A stretch of 64,000 nucleotides of DNA, from positions 2,016,001 through 2,080,000 of the forward strand of contig CBDFMQ010000002.1 in the NCBI GenBank assembly GCA_965249725.1. The letters run 5' to 3'. Positions 58,437-64,000 of this stretch are shown piece after piece. Below the pieces are notes generated by a model. The model ran no database searches. It saw nothing but the letters and a program-made list of their open reading frames with translations, and was not told where the DNA came from. A program made the position numbers and the translations under genes. Numbering within the stretch: position 1 is the first letter of the stretch; each line of letters opens with the position of its first letter. Source of the DNA: Longimicrobiales bacterium. GTDB taxonomy: Bacteria > Gemmatimonadota > Gemmatimonadetes > Longimicrobiales > Gaopeijiaceae.

Positions 58437-59756
58437 CTACCCCCGACGACGCCCCCTGGGGCCCGCGTCGTTGAACTCCTCTTCGCTGAGCTTGAACCCC
58501 TCCGCCAACTCTGCGTCCTCATCCAGGCCCATGACGCGCCTGGCGATGTACTCTCCCAACACAGGCCCCTGCTTGAACGACTCGGCCGATCCACCGCCGG
58601 CCAGCCAGACGTTGTCGAAGTCGGGATGCTTGTCGATGTTGAAGTTCCGGGAGACGCTGCTCTCGTAGTGGCACGAGCGGGTCTCGTTGATCGGCATGTC
58701 GGCCAGGCCCGGGAACCAGTCCCGCAGTACCTGCCGGGGTCGTTCGTGTTGATCTTCGGGAATCCACCGGTCACTCACATCCGGATCTTCGGGCGGCTTT
58801 CCCCCCGTCCTCACCCTGAAGCCACGATGGTCGCGTCCGAGCGCGGGCCAACCAGTCACGCCGGGAATCCCGTAGCTCGGGAGGTTTGGGAATGAATAGC
58901 TGTTGTCTCCCGGGGGAACCGCGAAGTAGAAGGTGTTCCCCATCGAGATCCTCAGGCGTTTGCCCATGAGTTCGGGGAAGACCTTCGGGAACCACGGGCC
59001 GCAGGCGAAAACGAACGTCGCCGCAGAGACGGAACCGCCCGGCTGAAGGTTCACGCTGTTCAATTGTCGACCGTCTCGCTCGCCCATCTCGGCCGCGGCC
59101 AGGGTCACTTCGCCGCCCTCTTTGCGGAAGACCTCGGCCACCGCCTCGATGGACCGACGAGCCCGCACCACACCCGCCTGCGGCTCGTACAGGCCTACAC
59201 CCATCTCCTGCTCCGGACCGATTACCGGCCATCGGTAGCGGATCTCGTCGGGGGTGAGCACCTCGTAGGGCACGCCCAATGTGTCCCAGTCGGCCATGGT
59301 GTCCTCGAGATACGGCATCATCTCGGGCCGAATGATGAGGTCACCTGTGTTGAAGAAGAGCTTGGGCAGAAGCTGACGACCCCACTCCTCATCCCACATC
59401 GCCCAACGCGTCCTGGCCTCGTTGGCCCAGCGATTCCAGAGCAGCCCGTTCGGCCGGCCGCCGTAAGACGAACGGACCCCGCGGGTCTCGCCTCCGGACG
59501 TCGACCGGGAGTTCCCCGGCCCGTACTTGTCGACGACGGTGACGTTCGCGCCGAGCCGAGAAAGGTAGAAGGACGTCCAGATGCCGAAGTTGCCCGCTCC
59601 GATCACCACGACGTCCGGAGCCTGACCCGAGCGCGCATCGGGTGCACCGCGCAGTTCGGGTGAGTGGATGGCAGCTGAAGACGGCGTGAAACCGGCGAGG
59701 CTCATCCCCGCGCCCGCCGTCGCCACTTTGAGAAAGCTTCTTCGGTCCACGCTCAT
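58437..59756 (-). CDS. Tat-exported FAD-dependent oxidoreductase (sarcosine oxidase-like)
   Basis: DRRSFLK, GAGNFG, SGGETRG.R, CHYE and GGGSAESFK motifs. Confidence 0.88.
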   Translation of the reverse strand: MSVDRRSFLKVATAGAGMSLAGFTPSSAAIHSPELRGAPDARSGQAPDVVVIGAGNFGIWTSFYLSRLGANVTVVDKYGPGNSRSTSGGETRGVRSSYGGRPNGLLWNRWANEARTRWAMWDEEWGRQLLPKLFFNTGDLIIRPEMMPYLEDTMADWDTLGVPYEVLTPDEIRYRWPVIGPEQEMGVGLYEPQAGVVRARRSIEAVAEVFRKEGGEVTLAAAEMGERDGRQLNSVNLQPGGSVSAATFVFACGPWFPKVFPELMGKRLRISMGNTFYFAVPPGDNSYSFPNLPSYGIPGVTGWPALGRDHRGFRVRTGGKPPEDPDVSDRWIPEDQHERPRQVLRDWFPGLADMPINETRSCHYESSVSRNFNIDKHPDFDNVWLAGGGSAESFKQGPVLGEYIARRVMGLDEDAELAEGFKLSEEEFNDAGPRGRRRG

Positions 59757-59769
59757 GAGGCGTTCATCC

Positions 59770-60294
59770 CTATCGGGCCGACTGCACGTCCGGCCACAGG
59801 GCGAGGGCTCTCATCGCCGTCCGGTTGGGCTTGAGCTCGGTGGTCCCCGGGGGATATCCGTTGAGCTCGAGCATGTACGCAATGATGTCGGTATAGGTCT
59901 GGGCGGGGAGCCCTCCCGGGTTGTCGTCCGGCATGCTGAACGCGATGGAGGCATACAGATCACGGACCGTCCGACCTCTCCATTGGCGCTCGAAGGTGGA
60001 GCCGCGAAACTCGCTGGATGCATGGCAAGAGAGGCACGTCTCTCTGAAGAACCCCTCACCCCGAACCGCTTGGTCGGCAGAGTAGAAGGCAGGGAGGGCT
60101 CGAGTATCGGCGCCCGAATCACTGGCCACCGCGACGGATGCATCAGACCCGGCGGCCTCCGACGCAGACGTTGCCGTCGCTCCCTCAGAGTTCGTAGGCG
60201 CGGCCGAGCCGGTCGCCACTCCCTCAGGAGACGATGCACAGCCGGTGAGAACCAGCAATGCCCAGGTGGCCCAAGGCTTGATGTGTCCCTTCAT
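59770..60294 (-). CDS. Monoheme c-type cytochrome lipoprotein
   Basis: Lipobox LTGC, Ala/Ser linker, CLSCH and distal MP..NPG. AAGGA RBS before MKGHIK. Confidence 0.88.
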   Translation of the reverse strand: MKGHIKPWATWALLVLTGCASSPEGVATGSAAPTNSEGATATSASEAAGSDASVAVASDSGADTRALPAFYSADQAVRGEGFFRETCLSCHASSEFRGSTFERQWRGRTVRDLYASIAFSMPDDNPGGLPAQTYTDIIAYMLELNGYPPGTTELKPNRTAMRALALWPDVQSAR

Positions 60295-60461
60295 GCATGT
60301 CCTTTTCTTGCCGAACCCAAACGTGGTGCCTACCACCGACCTGAGGCAAGAGCCTACCGCCGACGAGTTCGTACACACCTGACCGCCGACGCAAGATGAC
60401 ACGTGTCACCGCCTCCGCGTTGAGAGTGGATGCCCCGGGCGAAGCAACGTTCGCCCCGATC

Positions 60462-60539
60462 GGCGGCATCATTGTGGTGAACAGCGGTGCGGAAGGGATG
60501 TTCATTCTGCGTAAGCGGGAGCGGAATCTGATTCCGTAA
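60462..60539 (+). pseudogene. Orphan 3' tail resembling a choice-of-anchor B family gene
   Basis: Manual translation GGIIVVNSGAEGMFILRKRERNLIP*. The family call is from recall. Confidence 0.45.
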
Positions 60540-60572
60540 CCTCCCGACGACCCGGCGCTCGTGGAGCGCCTT

Positions 60573-60606
60573 ACGCCCTCCTCGCGCCTAGGTGCGGGGA
60601 GGGCGT
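60573..60606. terminator. Long GC hairpin just downstream of batE
   Basis: ACGCCCTCCTCGCGC-CTAG-GTGCGGGGAGGGCGT (15 bp, two G-U). Confidence 0.75.
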
Positions 60607-60612
60607 TTCCAC

Positions 60613-61380
60613 TCAGATCGCTTCGAGCACCTCGAGGTGGACCCAACCCACCTTGCCATCCTCCAATACCACCTCGGCCCATGCCTCGGCCCGGCGGTCC
60701 ACCCGCACTTTGGTGCCCTCGTGGACCGTGAAGATCGCGAGAGTCTCGTCGTCTACGGGGGCGCTCATGACCTCGACCTGAGGTACCATGATGACGGCCT
60801 CCTCCGCCTGGCCGATCCCCAACTCCCGGATGGCCAGGTTGAGCCCCAGCACCAGCAGTACTCCTCCCGCGGCGATCGCGACGCGTCCGCCCCAGAGCGC
60901 AGACCACGTTCCCCGCCTCATCACCAGGACGATCACACCGACCATTCCGGTCACATAGGCGCCTGATACGAGCAGAATCAGCAGCGATCGGGGCAGAAGA
61001 TCGACCCACCACGTCCACGCATCGAGCACCCAGAATCTGGGCAGAGGTTCGATGTCGTCGGCCGTGAGGGACCGGGCGAGGGCGAGGTTGGCACGCACGT
61101 CCTCGTCCCCGGGAAGCAACCGGCGTGCTCGCTCATAGTTCAAGATGGAGCGGGCCAGGTCGCCGATCTTGAAGTACGTGTTCGCGATGTTGTAGTGGAC
61201 CTCGCCGCTCTCGAGCCCGGCGTCGACCACTCGCATGTAGCTGGACAGGGCACCCTCGAAGTCACCCTCCTGGTAGAGCCGGTTTCCCTCCTGGTAGAAC
61301 TCGACCTGGACCGAGGCCGCTCCGGAGGCGGTGAGCACGAGAGCCCACAAGACGAGGGCGGAGCTGCGCGCAACCATCAC
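60613..61380 (-). CDS. batE: BatE-like TPR + SH3 membrane protein
   Basis: GN.LY..G TPRs, YERA.RL.P.D.D...NL, two TM segments and C-terminal F.VHEGTKV...GWV. Confidence 0.85.
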   Translation of the reverse strand: MMVARSSALVLWALVLTASGAASVQVEFYQEGNRLYQEGDFEGALSSYMRVVDAGLESGEVHYNIANTYFKIGDLARSILNYERARRLLPGDEDVRANLALARSLTADDIEPLPRFWVLDAWTWWVDLLPRSLLILLVSGAYVTGMVGVIVLVMRRGTWSALWGGRVAIAAGGVLLVLGLNLAIRELGIGQAEEAVIMVPQVEVMSAPVDDETLAIFTVHEGTKVRVDRRAEAWAEVVLEDGKVGWVHLEVLEAI

Positions 61381-63239
61381 GAGAGTCCCTCTTGGACGGC
61401 AGCCATGGCCCTGGCGGCTCGCTCGTAGAATCCGGCTCGCTCTTCGTCGGTGGAGCCGGGCGGAGCGAAGCGCGCCCTGTCACAGACTCCGAGGCACTCC
61501 AAGTACTCCCGAACCGTCTCGGGGGCGACCCCACGGGCCGAGAGTGCCGACTCGGCGCTGTCGGACATGAAGCCAGCCTCTGCCAGGTTGAGCTTGTCCG
61601 CGAGGAATCCCCTCAGAGCTCGCTCGACCTCGGCATAGAACTCGCGAACATCAGCATCGGACGTGAGGCTCTGGGCTCTCCCGAGCCGCTTTCGCGCAAT
61701 GCGGCCCGCCCTGCGGCCTCTGGCAAACGCCACATCTCCTTCCAGTCGGTCTTGATGCCACCTCGAACCCAGCGCACCGAGCATCGCGACCAGAGGCAGC
61801 AGCGTCACGATCCAGAATCCGGGATTGTCGAAGATGGTGTCGTCGGCTACCGCGAATCTCGGCGGGGCGATGCGGATGAACCGGATGTCCTCCCGAAGAG
61901 TCTCCACACCGGTGCGTAGGCCGGGTGCGATCAGCACGGCGTCCCCGGTCACCGAAAGGCTCAGGGGCTCGGTCTCCGTGGTCGCATAGCGTCCGCTGCC
62001 GGTGTCGAAGTAGCTCATCTCGATCGAAGGGATGGTCTTCGCACCGGGCGTCCGGGGGATCAGCACGTACTCGTACGTTTTGGTCCCGCTGATGCGGGCG
62101 CCGCTCCGGTCAATGGACTCCGAGACCTCCGGAGGGAAGACCTCGAAGTCACGTGAGAACTCGATGGCGGGCGCCCCGAGCCCTCGCAGGTTGCCCTCGC
62201 CAGCCACCCGAACCGAGAGTGTCACGGCCTCGTTCGTCTCCACGTCGGTTCGATCGACCGAAGCCGTGACATCGAGCCGGCCCACCAAACCCGTGAAACT
62301 CCCCGGCCGACCCTCTGCGGGCAGCGGTAGGACCTCGACGTCGACCGGGTCCGACGACACCAGGGTGGGTACGTCTGTCCCGAAGAGCGAGCCGCGGTTG
62401 AAGAAATCCTGGAAGGGGTCCCTGCTTCGCCTTTGAACGCGGACCCGCGCTTCGACGCTCATCGGCTCCACCGTCTTGGTGCCGGGCCCCGTCGGGAAGA
62501 GGACGGAATGTCGGAGGACGGCCGTGGCATACTGCACGCCATTCCTGACCACCTGCTCGACCTGGGGGTTCTGCGTCTGTGGAACGTCCTCGACCCAGAA
62601 TCCCTCGTTTCCTCCGGTCTGTGTGACGCTGTAGGAACTGACGTTGACCCGAGTGAAGAGCCGGTAGCGGACCACGACGGGTTCGTTCTCGTAGACCTCG
62701 CGTTTGCTCACCTCGGCCAAGATGAATAGATCGTCTGGAGACACCCCGGAGACGTCCTCGGGGGGCGGCTGTGCTCCCTGACGTGTGGGAGGCACCTGGC
62801 CCTGTGACGAAGGAGGCGCCGCCGTCACCGTGAGGGTGACAGGGTCCGTCGCGAGCACCTGACCACCCGCACGAACCCGGACAGGTCCGATATCGAAGGT
62901 GCCCTCTTCCATCGCCTGATACCGATACTGAATGATCATGGAGATGGTGGTGACCCCGTTGATCACCTGCATGTTGGTGGAGCTGCTTGCGCCGAGGTAG
63001 CGCCCGAAGCTCCCCATGACCGGGAGGTCGGGGTCTGCGTCCGTACGCTGTACGCCCCGCACCTCAACATTCAGTACGAACTGACCGTTGAGGCTCACCG
63101 ACCCAGGGGTGAGAAAGGCGCGGGCGGACACGTCCTGGGCTTCGCCATGAAACGGCGCAGCCAGAGCTAAGAGTACAAACACAGACAACACGGGGCTCGA
63201 GCCGCTCCACGCGGACGCTACGGGGCGACGTACGCTCAT
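61377..63239 (-). CDS. batD: BatD family protein
   Basis: SSTNMQVING, EV.K..VY..E.V, V.PLP..GRP..F.G.VG, G.GNL and YFD motifs. Confidence 0.9.
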   Translation of the reverse strand: MSVRRPVASAWSGSSPVLSVFVLLALAAPFHGEAQDVSARAFLTPGSVSLNGQFVLNVEVRGVQRTDADPDLPVMGSFGRYLGASSSTNMQVINGVTTISMIIQYRYQAMEEGTFDIGPVRVRAGGQVLATDPVTLTVTAAPPSSQGQVPPTRQGAQPPPEDVSGVSPDDLFILAEVSKREVYENEPVVVRYRLFTRVNVSSYSVTQTGGNEGFWVEDVPQTQNPQVEQVVRNGVQYATAVLRHSVLFPTGPGTKTVEPMSVEARVRVQRRSRDPFQDFFNRGSLFGTDVPTLVSSDPVDVEVLPLPAEGRPGSFTGLVGRLDVTASVDRTDVETNEAVTLSVRVAGEGNLRGLGAPAIEFSRDFEVFPPEVSESIDRSGARISGTKTYEYVLIPRTPGAKTIPSIEMSYFDTGSGRYATTETEPLSLSVTGDAVLIAPGLRTGVETLREDIRFIRIAPPRFAVADDTIFDNPGFWIVTLLPLVAMLGALGSRWHQDRLEGDVAFARGRRAGRIARKRLGRAQSLTSDADVREFYAEVERALRGFLADKLNLAEAGFMSDSAESALSARGVAPETVREYLECLGVCDRARFAPPGSTDEERAGFYERAARAMAAVQEGLS

Positions 63240-63247
63240 CGCTGACC

Positions 63248-64000
63248 TTACCAGGGCCTTCTGGAGCGGCGACCGCGCGCGGGCTGCGCACGCCGAGTCA
63301 CATCGTCGGGATCTTCCTGAACCGCCTGCAACAGCCGCTCCGCTTCTTCCCGGCTCATCTCGCCTGGAGCCTCCTGCTGTTGCTGCTGCTCCTCTTCCGA
63401 CTCGTCATCCTGGTCTTGATTCTGGTCCTGAGGATCCTGCTCGCCCTCCTCCTGGTCCTGCTCATCGCGAGGATCGTCGCCTTGGTCCTGCTGGTCCTGT
63501 TGGTCCTCTTGATCCTGCTCCTGATCCTCTGGATCACCCTCGCCATCCTGCTGCTGCTCCTCTTGCTCCTGCTGTTCGAGCTGCTCGAGCACACGCTCCA
63601 GGTTGTGCTTGTAGTCCTGGTCGCCGGGGTTGGCGCGGAGAGCCTGCTTGAAGGCCTCTAGGCTCTCTTCCAGCTGCTCCCCGCGATACAACGCGTTCCC
63701 GAGGTTGTACCAGGCCGGGGCGGCCAGCGCCGGATCGCCGCTCTCGATCGCTTGGCCATACGCATCGAGCGCGCGTTCGTACTCCTCGCTCTGATAGAGG
63801 GCGTTGCCGTCGTTGAACAAAGCCAGGGGCGAGCCGGGAGCATCGCGCAGTGCCTCGAGGTACTTCTCGTGCGCCTCTTCGAAGCGACCCTCCTCATAGA
63901 GACGATTGCCCTCGTTGACCTCGGCACGGCCCCGCTGTGCAGCTGCCGACAAGGGTGATCCCCCGAGCACCATCGCGGCGGCGATGACTCCGATGCCGAA
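63248..64000 (-). CDS. batC: BatC-like TPR protein, 5' end outside the window
   Basis: TPRs (YNLGNALY), a Q/E/D-rich linker and MSREEAERLL.A motif. The frame stays open to the window edge. Confidence 0.85.
   Translation of the reverse strand, partial: FGIGVIAAAMVLGGSPLSAAAQRGRAEVNEGNRLYEEGRFEEAHEKYLEALRDAPGSPLALFNDGNALYQSEEYERALDAYGQAIESGDPALAAPAWYNLGNALYRGEQLEESLEAFKQALRANPGDQDYKHNLERVLEQLEQQEQEEQQQDGEGDPEDQEQDQEDQQDQQDQGDDPRDEQDQEEGEQDPQDQNQDQDDESEEEQQQQQEAPGEMSREEAERLLQAVQEDPDDVTRRAQPARGRRSRRPW

Noticed and set aside
63370..63590. Q/E/D-rich low-complexity repeat as an unusual element
   Set aside because: This is the typical linker of BatC-type proteins.

Overview
A GC-rich bacterial chromosomal window with about 50 genes. 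Gene content suggests Gemmatimonadota, but that is inference only. I saw no rRNA, tRNA, CRISPR, IS, integrase or phage genes. Housekeeping genes include a partial cardiolipin synthase, speB, a Fur-family regulator, nrnA, a DedA-CoaE-PHP triple fusion, fused 2-oxoacid dehydrogenase E1, NDH-2, moeB, ychF, leuABCD, thrBC and batCDE. There are many secreted or periplasmic hydrolases and amine oxidoreductases. The ORF track misses several things. (1) An ArsC-like UxxC selenoprotein with an in-frame TGA and a bSECIS-like hairpin (35908-36258). (2) A complete leucine leader-peptide attenuator upstream of leuA. (3) A 48-aa micro-lipoprotein behind a sigma54-type promoter and a long structured leader. 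(4) A series of deletion scars: a succinate dehydrogenase operon collapsed into one chimeric ORF, an NmrA tail, a choice-of-anchor-B-like tail, a frameshifted ALDH7, a G9-frameshifted aminotransferase and a decayed glycine-riboswitch-like element. (5) Recurrent 12-13 bp tandem expansions, one of which shares the same unit in two neighbouring genes on opposite strands. All family names come from motif recognition, not database searches.
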